Shown: positions 12,133-24,697, numbered from the stretch's first letter. The stretch: 64,000 nucleotides of DNA from Chara braunii (GCA_003427395.1 BFEA01000035.1:2073224-2137223); one strand, 5' to 3'. Numbers and translations: made by a program. The notes: generated from the letters alone by a model not told the origin.

Positions 12133-14501
12133 CTAGTCATTAATAATGTAATCCTAGCAACAACATGGTACAAATCGGTTATCTGGACCGTGGAGAAACC
12201 AGCCACTAGAGCGCTCCAGCAACAGCTGCGGGTTTTTCCTTAGAGAGGTAACCCTAAAAATAAAAATGTGATAAGTAGAGTGGTCTTGTCTGCTTTAATG
12301 CAACCAAAATCCAGAGGGGGCCTACGGATCATTGACCTCACCATCTAGGCTAACCCTCTCTATCCAATTCATTAAGAGAATATTATTTAGCTCCCAGATC
12401 CCCTAGAGGGCTTTGGCATGAGAACTAATTAAGAGACTGCCCTCCCCAGACCATTGAGGAAGTATACCCAATGATGTGGCTGAAAAATAGAGAATGGTCC
12501 GTTCCAAGGAGCACGAATAAGAATATGGAACAGGAAAGGTGCACTGACAAAGAGGTAGTCAGAGCAGACCTGAAAAATATCCCTTCTAGCCAGTCCTCCT
12601 CAAGACCTAGAGAAAATCACCACTGACTGATAAAATTTCCCAGAAAGATCGGAGGAGGTCATCAGACAACCCCTCTTCAATAACACTTGGATAAGGGACT
12701 CCTAAGGATATACTCTCAGTTATAAGGAATCCCCCTAGAGAGGATGAATTAGAAAAGGGGTCAGTAGAGTCAAAGACACGTGAAGCTCAGAATCCAATGA
12801 CTGGGTTACCCATAAAGATCTACAAGAAAATTAAAACACTACCACCACTCTAAGGAGGCCTTAAACAAAAGTATTGAATTAATTCCTCTACATTGGATTC
12901 ACCTACTGAAAAAGGGGCCCACACTCAACTCAGTGATTGGGTAGCCTTTAAAGACAACTCTGAAAATATAGAGAATATCCTAAATAAAGACACAAACGGG
13001 AATATATTGATGACTCTCTTCAACCTAAACGAAGAAAACGAGGTGATCCCCACAAACCCTACCAAAATAAGGTGGACAACACATAACCAGCTTCTCAGAA
13101 TCAGAGTCCTTAGTAAAAACAACTCTTGGCTAGCTCTCCGACCAGACACCCTTATTTCCCACTTACGACTAGACCCATATGAATGAAAATTGGGAACACA
13201 AGCGAGAGGAAATAAAAACTACACAAGATCCCTTCATACCCTCTCAGTGAAATCCACCTTTTGAATGCTAAGGCCAAAGATTAATTTGAGAGATCGAATA
13301 CCACAAAGATGGACGAAACAACTCAATTTGGATAAAAAGGATATTCAAAACATAAAATGGTTTTCAAACCAAAGGGGTCAAACCAACTAAAATAGCCTCG
13401 ATACAATGACAGATTGAACATAGGTGTCTACCAAACAATGATTGGTTGATAAGCAAAATTGCACTAGATAAGAAGGGAGTGGCTCAACCTTGGTGCAAAA
13501 TTTGCAAATTTGCCTTCCCAAGAAAACTTACCCTAGAAACCGTTGAAAACATCTTGCTTCAATGCCCGGGCTCAATATGGCTTTGGAGATGGTGGGATTG
13601 AATACGGGACAGTTTGCAAACGTCCCAGTACTGGCCCTAGGGATGAAAACCCATCCTCCTGGAAGCCTGGACATCAGAACCATATGACGATTTTATTCAA
13701 AATTTGTTCATATTGGAAAGAAGAGCAATAATGTGGGCTATATGGAGAATGAGATGCATATTTGAATGGGAAGGGAAGGAGCCAGATTAGATGGCCCTAA
13801 GTTCAATGAAGTCATCAAAGATCACATCCAAACAAACATCTTACACCAATGGAAACTCATAAAAGACAAGATCCAATACCTCTCAAATAAAAATGAGATT
13901 TTTGAACAAAACTTTAACAAAGACTGACTTAGAGGGAAACAAGGGGAGGAAATAGGGAAAGTGGTATGGCAAGGTGTTACAGAGATAGAGAACGATGAAG
14001 GAGAAGCAGTCAACAGAAACTACAAGATCCTATTTGAAGATTGGACGGCAGTCCCCCCCACAGTACCTCTTAAACCCTTATCTGAATTCCCAGATCCCTC
14101 CCCCCCCTCAAAAGGGTCCCTAGTTCCTATATCATGATATGCCTTAGACTTTTGAAATCCCAACCATAAAACGTAGTCTGCTGTAGCTGGACTGTAAGTC
14201 GGAAGAGTAGGGCTATAATAGAAAAGATGGATTTGGCGCCTGAAATAGGTGAAGAGGCCCTCCTAATCTGCTCTTCAGAACTCAACCTTCACAAAGGGGA
14301 CACTGGGCCCGGTTTCCAGCAGATGCTCCAGACTGAAATGAAATGATATAACCATCTGGGACGCTGGACCCATTTTCCAACAGGTGCAGCTCCCCACCAA
14401 TAGGAGTGACCCAACTACGCATACTAGTAGGGGATGCTCATATCATCTCTGCTAGTAGGGCTTGAAGAGTCGTAAAAAATAAAAAAATAAAAAAAAATAA
14501 A

Positions 14502-14790
14502 GAATGGTAACCCACATATTTGCGATGCAAACGGTCAACCCTTCTCATTAAAATTAGACTTGCAATGATTAACTTAGGTAAATAGAATTTTCCTAATTCG
14601 AAAATTGTGGATGCCCAAATTAGGACATGGAAGACAAAACGACAATCGCAACCAATTCACAATCATGTCAAAAATAGTAGAAAAAAGTTAAATCAACTAT
14701 AGGAAGCCTTGCCCCTTGCTTGGCTAACTGCCCTCAAGACAGGACCAACGATTCAGGTCAACAATTGGGTAATCATCTATTATACAACTC
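14502..14790 (+). pseudogene. Older LINE ORF2 fragment (post-RT region)
   Basis: GNPHICDANGQPFSL and EALPLAWLTALKTGPTIQVNNWV resemble LINE-B FGNPHILQESGQPFSL and EALPIAWQFTLREGPTVRRGDWV. Confidence 0.7.
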
Positions 14791-15196
14791 ATGTTAACCA
14801 CACTTCTATGTTGTGTGTCCGAAAATTGATTCAACGTGTGTTCCAAGTTGAAAGATTCAACTTCGTTGAAACAACGTTGAATCCCCGTTGAAAAGCCCGT
14901 TAGACGGGTTACAACAGGGTTTGCGAACATTTTTTTGTGGGCTAAAAATAATCAAAAAATAAAATAAAATAATATGGGGTTGTAAATATTTTTTAGGCCT
15001 ACTACCTCTTATTTTGGTTTTGATTTTTTGAGCCTCGACTATATTAAAAAAAAACCAAAAAACATAAATACAATGAATAAAAACAACAAAAGATGAAATG
15101 ACTCAAATGAGTTTTTTCTTTTTTTTTTGGTTTCACAGAGATTTTTTTGAGCTAAAAAAAAAGCAGAAAAACAAATAAAAAATATGGGGTTGTAGA

Positions 15197-15482
15197 CTAG
15201 GCTACCAGAGTGGCCCGGGGCCACTTGCCTGACCGGGCCAAAAAAAAAAATAAAAATAATAATAATAATTTTTAAGTTTTAACTTTATTTTTTATTTTAA
15301 ATATGGTAAAGCATTTCGATGTGACCCTGAGGCAAAAGTTGTTCAGTTTATGTTTCTGCATAACATAGTTTTTTTTTTTATTTGTTTTTTTTTTTCTTTT
15401 TTGCTAGGACCTTCCCTGGTCCTTGCATGGTCGGGCCGTCCGGGAAAATAGGGTGACCCGGGCGGCCTGGCTGGTAGCCTAG
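15197..15482. mobile_element. MITE with perfect 12-bp TIR and 8-bp TSD
   Basis: TIR ctaggctaccag/ctggtagcctag; TSD gttgtaga at 15189-15196 and 15483-15490. Confidence 0.93.
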
Positions 15483-15585
15483 GTTGTAGATCTTTCAAAG
15501 ATGTACAACAATTTTTATTTTTACTTTTTTTGAACTTTCATGTATTTAAAAAAAATATATATATATAAAAACAAATACAAAAAAG

Positions 15586-16124
15586 CTAGGTACCATGGGT
15601 TATCTGGCCGGATAATCTGGTCGGATTATCTGGCCGGATGATCGGGGGGTCGGATCATCCGAAAATCCGGATGATTAAAAAAAAGACCTAAAAAAAAAAA
15701 AAAAAAAAAAAAAGTGATATTGCGCATGCAAAATACAATAGAACTACGTTTCTATTTCATGAAAAGCTTGATAGGATCTGGAAGGGCTCAAAGAGCATAA
15801 GATAGGGAATAAAGGGGTTTAGAGGGGGGATGCTTAATTCATTCTATAATTGTTTATCTAAATATTATTTTCTTATTCTATTTTATTTTTTATCTTCATA
15901 TCTGTTGAGTAATCAAAGATGGGCTCAAGCCAAAAGTTGTTCATATCATTCATATAAACAACATAATGTTTTTCCATATGTTTTTGATTTTTTTTTTTTT
16001 CGATAAAAAAAAAATATTTTGCGCAGGGTCGGATTTTCCATATCCGGAATTAATCCGGAAATTTCATCCGGATTGAAAATTCCGGATAAAATTGGTATGC
16101 CGGATATCCGGATTTGCCACTTAG
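15586..16124. mobile_element. MITE with ccggat subterminal repeats and 8-bp TSD
   Basis: TSD caaaaaag at 15578-15585 and 16125-16132; imperfect TIR ctaggtacca/tgccacttag; many (t)ccggat motifs near both ends. Confidence 0.82.
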
Positions 16125-17595
16125 CAAAAAAGGAAACAAAGACACATGCACACACACACACAGACACACAACACACAAACACACATAAACACACACACAC
16201 ACACACCAACAATCATGCGCGCACACACACGCACTTACAAACACACACATACTTTTGGGTAGGTTTGGGGACGGCAGGATGGGGCGGGCGGAGGAAGGGG
16301 GATTTGGAGCTCGTAGTGGTTTAAAAGGCTTTCGGGTGGGTTTGGGGACTCGTAGGCGGGGGTCAAATTTTTCATTTTTTTTCCTGGTTTTAGTGTTTGG
16401 GCACGTAGGGCCACGTGTCCAAGGTCCAACGCCCCCAATCCGTTTTTCCAGATTCAACGGGAGATCCCGTTTTTCCGTTAAACGGGATTCAACGGGGACT
16501 CAATGGGCTATTCAACGGGTACAACGACGTTTAATTCCGTCCGTTGCTCTTTGTTAGGACCAGGGTTGTCAAGCCCCGGCCCCGGGGCCCCGGCGGGGGT
16601 CCGGGGGTCCGGGGGTGGGCACCCCCAGCCCCGGCNNNNNNNNNNNNNNNNNNNNNNNNNNNNNNNNNNNNNNNNNNNNNNNNNNNNNNNNNNNNNNNNN
16701 NNNNNNNNNNNNNNNNNNNNNNNNNNNNNNNNNNNNNNNNNNNNNNNNNNNNNNNNNNNNNNNNNNNNNNNNNNNNNNNNNNNNNNNNNNNNNNNNNNNN
16801 NNNNNNNNNNNNNNNNNNNNNNNNNNNNNNNNNNNNNNNNNNNNNNNNNNNNNNNNNNNNNNNNNNNNNNNNNNNNNNNNNNNNNNNNNNNNNNNNNNNN
16901 NNNNNNNNNNNNNNNNNNNNNNNNNNNNNNNNNNNNNNNNNNNNNNNNNNNNNNNNNNNNNNNNNNNNNNNNNNNNNNNNNNNNNNNNNNNNNNNNNNNN
17001 NNNNNNNNNNNNNNNNNNNNNNNNNNNNNNNNNNNNNNNNNNNNNNNNNNNNNNNNNNNNNNNNNNNNNNNNNNNNNNNNNNNNNNNNNNNNNNNNNNNN
17101 NNNNNNNNNNNNNNNNNNNNNNNNNNNNNNNNNNNNNNNNNNNNNNNNNNNNNNNNNNNNNNNNNNNNNNNNNNNNNNNNNNNNNNNNNNNNNNNNNNNN
17201 NNNNNNNNNNNNNNNNNNNNNNNNNNNNNNNNNNNNNNNNNNNNNNNNNNNNNNNNNNNNNNNNNNNNNNNNNNNNNNNNNNNNNNNNNNNNNNNNNNNN
17301 NNNNNNNNNNNNNNNNNNNNNNNNNNNNNNNNNNNNNNNNNNNNNNNNNNNNNNNNNNNNNNNNNNNNNNNNNNNNNNNNNNNNNNNNNNNNNNNNNNNN
17401 NNNNNNNNNNNNNNNNNNNNNNNNNNNNNNNNNNNNNNNNNNNNNNNNNNNNNNNNNNNNNNNNNNNNNNNNNNNNNNNNNNNNNNNNNNNNNNNNNNNN
17501 NNNNNNNNNNNNNNNNNNNNNNNNNNNNNNNNNNNNNNNNNNNNNNNNNNNNNNNNNNNNNNNNNNNNNNNNNNNNNNNNNNNNNNNNNNNNNNN

Positions 17596-20357
17596 CTCCA
17601 ATCTATTCGTTGGGAGCGACACGTGCTGGAAACCGGGTCCAACGTCCCACATGAATTATTACACAATATATGAGGTGTCAGGGCCATTACCCGGCTTCGG
17701 CTAGGAATCATTTTTTGGTGAAGAACTAAGAAATTGAATACTATGTTATATCAGCTATTCGAGCTTCCTAAACATAGAGCAACTCTTAGCCCTCCCTATA
17801 CCGGGACATTACTACTCAAAGACAGTACTGACCAGACCAACATCATCCATAGCTGACCTCTTCTAACCACCAAGACTATCCCCGACCCCATAGGGTATCA
17901 AGGCGGTCCCCCACAATTCGCCACTGGCTTACCTTCCTCCCTCGACAAACCCCAGATCTCTCTACAAGGCCTGACACTCCTGCCATTGCAGGTTATAGGG
18001 TAAAACCCCAGCTCCGGCCAGCGTCGTTCTGGCATCGGCAAACAGAGGACACAAAACAGAGCAACGTTGCCGATGTCAGTCCAGATGCAACCATCTCTGA
18101 AATCGAATATCCTCATAGAGAAGAAAACCGGATGCTGCTTTTTTTTGATGATATTGATGAAGATGATTATGCTTTTTTTAAGAATTCTAAAAGAATTGAC
18201 TGCACCACCTTTATTAGATCTAAAGGATTGTGAATACTATGTTATATCAGCTATTCCGGCTTCCTAATCCGAGAGCAACTCCTAGCCCTCCCTATACTGG
18301 GACACTACTACTCAAAGACAGTACCAACCAAAACAACATCAACCATAGCTGACCTCTTCTCGCCCCCGAGACTATTCCCGGCCCCAGAGGGTGTTAAGGC
18401 GCCCCCCCCAATTCGCCACTAGATTGCCTTCCTCCCTCGACAAACCCCAGATCTCTCTACAATGCCTCAGGCTCCTGCCGTGGCAAGTTACAGGGTAACA
18501 CCCCGGCTCCGGCCAGCGTCGTTCTGGCATCGGCAAATTGAGAGCATAGGACAGAGCAACCCTATTGATGTCAATCCAGGTGCAACCATCTCTAAGGTCG
18601 AAGATCCTAATAAAGAAGAAGACCCGATGCGGCTCTAGCTCTCAGAACCCCAGAAAGATGAAAATAACATGATTGGTCCAAGAAGCTTCCAATAGTCACC
18701 ACGCAAATAAAAATTTCCCCCACACCACCACCGTTGTCCCACGCTGCCACCGCCGAGGAGATTCACCTCGGCCCCAACCTAGAACAAATCCCCTCCCTCC
18801 CTCCTCCGCCAAGGAAGCCAATTCCTGCCTAGAGGATACCTTCGCCCTCCCCTTTGTCCCAATCTGCCCTCGCCGGGGTTGAAGGCGACCAACTCTCCCA
18901 CCCCGACCCCAGACAAGGACAAACCACAAATATGCCCCACCCCCGACAGAGCAGCCACCTCCCACCTTGCAGCGCCCCTGTTGAGTAAGGCTCCCCAATG
19001 CCCCCCCACCCATTCCCCAAAAATCCACACTATGACCACATAAACCCTAGCCTGACTATAGCATACCGATCAAATGAAGTAGTCGATTATCCTCAATGAG
19101 GACCTCATGATGGAATACACAAAAGGGTGTACTTGAAACGAGAACAATCGTGAACGAGAATGCCAGAAGATACGTTCTGATTACTACCAGATCAGTTTGC
19201 GGTAATGACCCCCTAATAAAGGATTTGCTTGATATTTCTAACGATGCTATAATTGATGAGGATAGTGATACGATGATAATTCTACAGATGATGATAATAA
19301 CGATGATTTAAGGATGGTATTAGTACTGATGATGATAGCGATGACGAGGATAATACCTCAAATAGTAGTGATCACGATGATGGTATTGATGATGTTTGAA
19401 TGGATGGGTAACTAGGAACAGTACCCTAAGGATGGTATTGGCGAACAAACTCGCCTACAGATGATATCGGGGATGACCCACTACAAAAGTACAGGTAATG
19501 GATTTTTTTTTTTTTTTTTAGGTATTATGGCGATAGGATGATAGTGCTGATGGCAATGATGCTACAGATGGTGGGAATGACGAACAACAAGGTGACGATA
19601 ACGATAGTAATGACAGAGCTCACACGAAGGTGTAAGGATGAATAGGATGACGACTAAGTACCCACACATTGGTGACAAGTACCTTGCGGCAAGTGATGAT
19701 GACAGGTAATACTCGCAAAAACTTGATGATGAAGAACAACTTAATGATGCTGGCAAAACTTGATGGTGATGATGACAATCTTCAGCTTGATGTCGGACAT
19801 CGCCCCGTATAAGCTCGTCCTGATGGCGCGCACAACGCCTTGATTATGCTTGATGACGCATCCCCGTTGGTCCCCTGTAGACAAACAACACCCTAATTAA
19901 CGGGTAATGCCTCTGATAAGAAGCCGTACCCCGTTGATGACGACGGACCAAGATGATGTCGGATCGCGACCTAATGATGATGGCGATGGCGCGCAGCACT
20001 CCAACGACCGATCGTGACTGTAAACACTTGCACTTCAGAGAACCTCGGGCCGACTCCACTGGACTCCACAGGCATCGTCAGAGCCAATGCCTCTCAGGCC
20101 AAATGCCACGTGCAGCAACGCAGCGGCTATGGAGTGAAACATGGAACTCCCAGAAACAGAACGTCACCGGGTGTCAGACCATCTGCCACATCAGCCTGTG
20201 ACCTGGCGCGGTCAAGCGCCTGCGGTCCTCTGCGCGTGCGCGAAGCGCCAAATCTTCAAAAAAACGAACCACCATCGCCGCCGCGCGCCATCACCATGAG
20301 CACGATATCATAGCGCCAGGAGGGGCGCAACGCTCCCGGTAGGGTTGCGCCCCCTCC
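17596..20357 (-). mobile_element. Second member of the about 2.7-kb non-autonomous retroposon family (3' end runs into a gap)
   Basis: 3' motif at 17596-17648; gaggtgtcagggccattacccggctt shared with about 9509; ccagatctctctac and ctccggccagcgtcgt blocks shared with 10160-10310; 5' hairpin ggggcgcaac...gttgcgcccc similar to 12070-12100; internal duplication about 17735-18135 vs 18230-18630. Confidence 0.75.
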
Positions 20358-20359
20358 CC

Positions 20360-23300
20360 TCCTATGTCAGTCTACCACATTAAGGGAATGTCAAATAATG
20401 AAGCGAACCTATAGCCTACGAACCAGAATTGTCAGGGCCAAGAAGGACGACCCTAAAATGAAACAACGAGCTGGACTGCCGACATGATTTGCAGAGTCTC
20501 ACTAGAAAGAGAGTAGTGGCAAACAAAGAATGATTGGGCAGGGAGTCACTACCCTTCTATACAAGAAAGGGGACAAAGAGAACATATGAAACTACAGACC
20601 CATAACCCTTCTTCCGGTCCTGTAAAAAGTGGTGGCAAAAATCCTTACTAATAGACTGCTGCCCCTCATGAATATATTGATTCACCCGGACCAGACTGGG
20701 TTCATGCCCAATCGGCACATCCAAGACAATGTCTTGTTGGTTAATGAGACCATCAAGTACGCCCCCCAACGGAGAGTCCAGACAGCGATCCTATTTATAG
20801 ATTTTGAAAAGGCATACGACCATGTAGATTGGGATTTCCTGGATTTGTGCCTGATTAAAATGAACTTTGGCCCGACCTTTTGTCGATGGGTACAACTGCT
20901 GCATAGGTCTGCTACGACCAACGGAATGCTAAATGGACATCTCTCACCACCGATTCGCCTCCAAAGATCAGTGCGCCAGGGAGATCCCATTGCACCACTA
21001 CTGTTCGTCATTGTCATGGAGACCCTTGCATCGTTGATCAGATCCCACCCCCGTATCAGCAAAGTGCCTATCCCTGACATTCCGTACCACCTTGTACCGA
21101 TGACATCAGTCTTTGCGGACGACCGCACTGTATTAATACATGCAGACCCGGACAGTGTTCAAGCTCTCACCCAAGTTATCCACCTCTTCTCTCTCGCGGC
21201 CGACATGAAGGTTAACTGGGGTGCTAAGACTGAAGGTTGGTGGCTCCACCCCCAAGAACTGCCACCCCCGCCCGAACCCAGTGTGGCATGGGCCCGCAAA
21301 GAAGACGCCATAAGTATTCTTGGAGTGAGATTAACTGCTGTGGGCCCATCGCCAGACCATGGGGACATGTTGGTCAACATGGCAGTGGATCGCTTAGCCA
21401 ACTGGGAAGACCTGCACACATCACTGGTGGGATGAGCCTTGGCAATCAATAGTGCCGTCCTGGCGGCCATCTGGTACAAATTGGCGGTGTGGCCGTTGAC
21501 CAAACAACAACACATCAGATTGAAGAAAGCCCTCACGACATACCTCTGGAAAAACAGCGCAAAAGTTGAGGGTTGCATCAACAGGGTGAAGTGGGACATC
21601 CTTACACAACCCAGATCTAAAGGGGGACTGGGAATCCTGGATCCTGAAAGAGAGATTGAGGCACTCATCTTCAAAGTCCTCATTCGATTGCTCATAGGAA
21701 ACGATATCCCCTGGAAGCTGCTGACCTGCCTTCAAATAGCCAACCTTGCGCCACAAAATGATGCACCGGGAATGGTCCACCCGTTCCAATGACTGACAAA
21801 CAATCATTGGACCATCCCGGCGCCCTCGAAACAAACGCGCCATGCACACCCACTTGACACGGCGCACGCTACAAAACTGGACATAAAGACAGATCCGCTC
21901 TGGACCTATATGATCAAACTCTGGAGACGATGGGGCCCCCAGCAAAAGCGCCCCCGAAACAGGTGGCATGATATATGGAGGCAGCTCCTCTTTGGCAATC
22001 CACACATCCTACAAGAATCAGGCCAACCCTTCTCTCTGTCAAACAACTCCCCCTGGCTCAACTGGGTCAAGAAAGGGGTTTTTACAGTTGGAGATTTGTG
22101 AGATCCCGTGAGAGGTGAGTGGGCAACCCCAAACCAGCTGCAACATAAACTCAAACACATAAAAAATGTGGAAGAAAAGGCTGGCTTGCTGAAAGAGGCC
22201 CTCCCTATAGCTTGGCAGTTCACCTTACGGGAGGGGCCGACGGTCCGAAGGGGTGACTGGGTGGTCAAATATGTAGACTCTCCTGCTCACCTGGTCATAT
22301 TTAAAGTCAAGGAGAATCTTCACGGGACCTGTGATCTAGAAGCTTTCGACCCCCAATTGCCCAGGGCTACACTCACAAAACTGGTAAGAAACGATAATTT
22401 AGACACCACAACTGAATGAGGGGGGATTGATGCAGGTGAGAGTGGTTGGGGACCAAGAAAATGGTTACTATGCATACGAGTCCAACACACCTGTAGCCAA
22501 GCTCCCTTTTGATCCGTCAGAGTGGGAATGGCCAGACTCCAAACCGATGCACATATGGAACTACACAGTAAAAGGAGGATACCGAATGTCACGACAATCC
22601 CAACCAATTAGCCAAAAGGTAGCGAACAGATGGGCTCAAGACTCGCCGCTGGATCCTAAATTGTCAGAGTCTTTTGAATGGTCCAGATATGCGAGGATCA
22701 TGCCCACAAATCACAGATCTCTGCAGTGGCAGATCCTCCACCGCTGCCTCCCCACCCTCGATTGGATCGTCTCTAGGACTGACCTGGAACAGAAAGGGAA
22801 ATTGTCTCCCATCTGCGCTTATTGTGGCAGAACTCGTTCACCAGCTAGGGCAACCCCTGAACATTGTCTTCTGGCGTGCCCAATGGTCACCCAGATTTGG
22901 CAATGGTGGGATGCGGCCTTTCACTCCCTCACGGGATACAATATACCCTGGGACCTCGGCCTCCTGCTGCTCGGAGAGAACCGTCACCTGCTGGCTCATT
23001 GGTCCCCGTTCGAGTCCAATTTGTTTTCATACACGAGGTTGCACCTCCTCGTGCTGGCTTGGAGAGCCAGGTGCTCCTTTGAAAGAAAGGAACACCAATT
23101 TGGCCTGCTGCAGGCGCAACAAGCGATCGAAGAACTGATCAGGACCAAAACCCAAGAAGCATGGAAGTCCATGAAGAGGGATGTCCATGAGGAGAAAGAC
23201 TGCACCGCCAAGGAACTCATTCGAGACTGCTACATGCAGATTTGGCAGGACCCCAACAGACTGTTCTCGGAAATTGACACAGAGCTTCATATAACATGGA

Positions 23301-24664
23301 AACCATGGAGGTCGAACGAACCTGGTTGGCAGAGAAGGCCCTTTTCTGACTTCCAAGTTCCGTACCTCCAACCTAACTTTGTCCTTCTTCCAAGCCCGGT
23401 GCAGCCTGCCCAGCCAACCCCTGCCCCTCCAGCCTGCTTGGTTATGCCCGTTGCACACACCCAGTCCACCGCCCCCACCGACCCACCTGGCCTGCTGCCC
23501 GCTCCCGCCCTCCTGACCACGTGACCTGCAGCTGAGAGGATCACGATCGGCTTCATTGACATGCTGACAAAAAATGGGACTGCTGGATTAATTAAACTAC
23601 AGGCGATGGCAACAGCACTGACACAGCCACTGGAGTGAGATTTCACGACCTGCTGCAAAGGGCCAGGATGAGNNNNNNNNNNNNNNNNNNNNNNNNNNNN
23701 NNNNNNNNNNNNNNNNNNNNNNNNNNNNNNNNNNNNNNNNNNNNNNNNNNNNNNNNNNNNNNNNNNNNNNNNNNNNNNNNNNNNNNNNNNNNNNNNNNNN
23801 NNNNNNNNNNNNNNNNNNNNNNNNNNNNNNNNNNNNNNNNNNNNNNNNNNNNNNNNNNNNNNNNNNNNNNNNNNNNNNNNNNNNNNNNNNNNNNNNNNNN
23901 NNNNNNNNNNNNNNNNNGCCAGGATGAGCAGATCGATTGGACTGTATACACAAGGAGGATAAGTAAGGCTGGGCGATTACAACAATAAAGACACCGCCAC
24001 TGGAGCAACAATGCAATGGGAGTAAGGATATGTGAACAATTCATGCCCTGCTGCAAAGGGTCAGGATGAGCAAGGATGAGTGAACAGCTCATGCCCTGCT
24101 GCAAAGGGCCAGGATGAGCAGGCCTTGGGACTATGTACACAATGAGGATAAGTGATGCTGGGCTATCTTACTGCCCCCCTGTTACCGAGGATGCAAGGAT
24201 CATAACATGGCACGTTTCCATTCTGAAAATGTAAATGGTTCCAAGGATCCTTATGACCCTTTACGAATGAGCGTTGTGATTGTAAATAATGGCCGCTGTG
24301 ATTGTGAATAATGGGGGTTGATGGATGCACACACGGGGGGGTTGCAGACACTGAGGATGGGAGTGCAGTCACTACCAACAGTAGGAATGTAGACATCATA
24401 GCTCTGGGAACACCATCCTTGGTAGGGCTAGGCCAGAGGGAAGTAGGAGCTCTACGAATCGGATGGATAAATATAGGCAACCCCGAGGGAGAGAGGGAAG
24501 CTCTGGAGCAAGAACTACAATGGCCATAAGCCCGACAATCACTGTGCTAAAAGATGTATTCAATGGGACGCTGGACCCGATTTCCAGCAGGTGCTGCTCC
24601 CCACCAATAGATGGAGCCTCACCGATGGTGTTAGACGTCTGAACTCCAGTCAGCACAGGAGTTT

Positions 24665-24697
<33 letters not shown>
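20360..24697 (+). mobile_element. LINE-B, 5'-truncated, with a 3' UTR containing short tandem repeats, the conserved motif and poly(A)
   Basis: ORF2 pieces (next feature); ctgctgcaaagggccaggatgagca repeats at 23650-24120; motif at 24564-24618; poly(A) at about 24669-24697. Confidence 0.88.
20530..23524 (+). pseudogene. LINE-B ORF2: RT, thumb, zf-RVT and C-terminal region, with a few stops and frameshifts
   Basis: ILFIDFEKAYDHVDW, SVRQGDP, FADD, PRSKGGLGILD, QWQILHRCLPT, CAYC...EHCLLACP. Confidence 0.93.

Larger units (their letters stand above)
5995..14135 (+). pseudogene. LINE-A ORF2 (APE endonuclease, reverse transcriptase, zf-RVT), with many stops, insertions and an inversion
   Basis: Translated pieces: 7490-7756 (QGMLTLIYKKREKSNIRNYWPITLL), about 12130 (VINNVILATTWYK), C-terminus YKILFEDWTAVPPTVPLKPLSEFPDP at about 14020-14100. 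Confidence 0.85.
510..14500 (+). mobile_element. LINE-A: near full-length, heavily decayed L1-like non-LTR retrotransposon with several nested insertions
   Basis: Pyrimidine-rich leader (about 530-1120); ORF1 relic from about 1152 (LSEKRERGKNSLLFYQGA resembles the LINE-D ORF1 start LKNEARRRKGRACSQTIWNQGA); APE motifs DLKSLNVNGL (about 6000) and CLQETH (about 6115); RT motifs NIRNYWPITLL (about 7615) and SVRQGDP (inverted, about 8480); zf-RVT at about 13400-13570; 3' motif at 14297-14407; A-rich tail at 14474-14500. The 5' boundary is approximate. Confidence 0.8.
14800..16555. mobile_element. Non-autonomous DNA element with ttcaac/cgttgaa subterminal repeats, hosting two nested MITEs
   Basis: Clusters of ttcaac/cgttgaa at 14830-14920 and 16450-16550; AT-rich interior; termini and TSD not resolved. 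Confidence 0.5.

Noticed and set aside
16503-17711. Long ORFs made of X residues (also at 27364-28533, 40422-41508, 48564-49599 and 53661-54534)
   Set aside because: They only read through N-gaps.
20321-20365. Terminal hairpin as a Helitron 3' end
   Set aside because: There is no CTRR terminus or A/T target, and the sister element has a poly(A) tail and TSD that place this hairpin at its 5' end.
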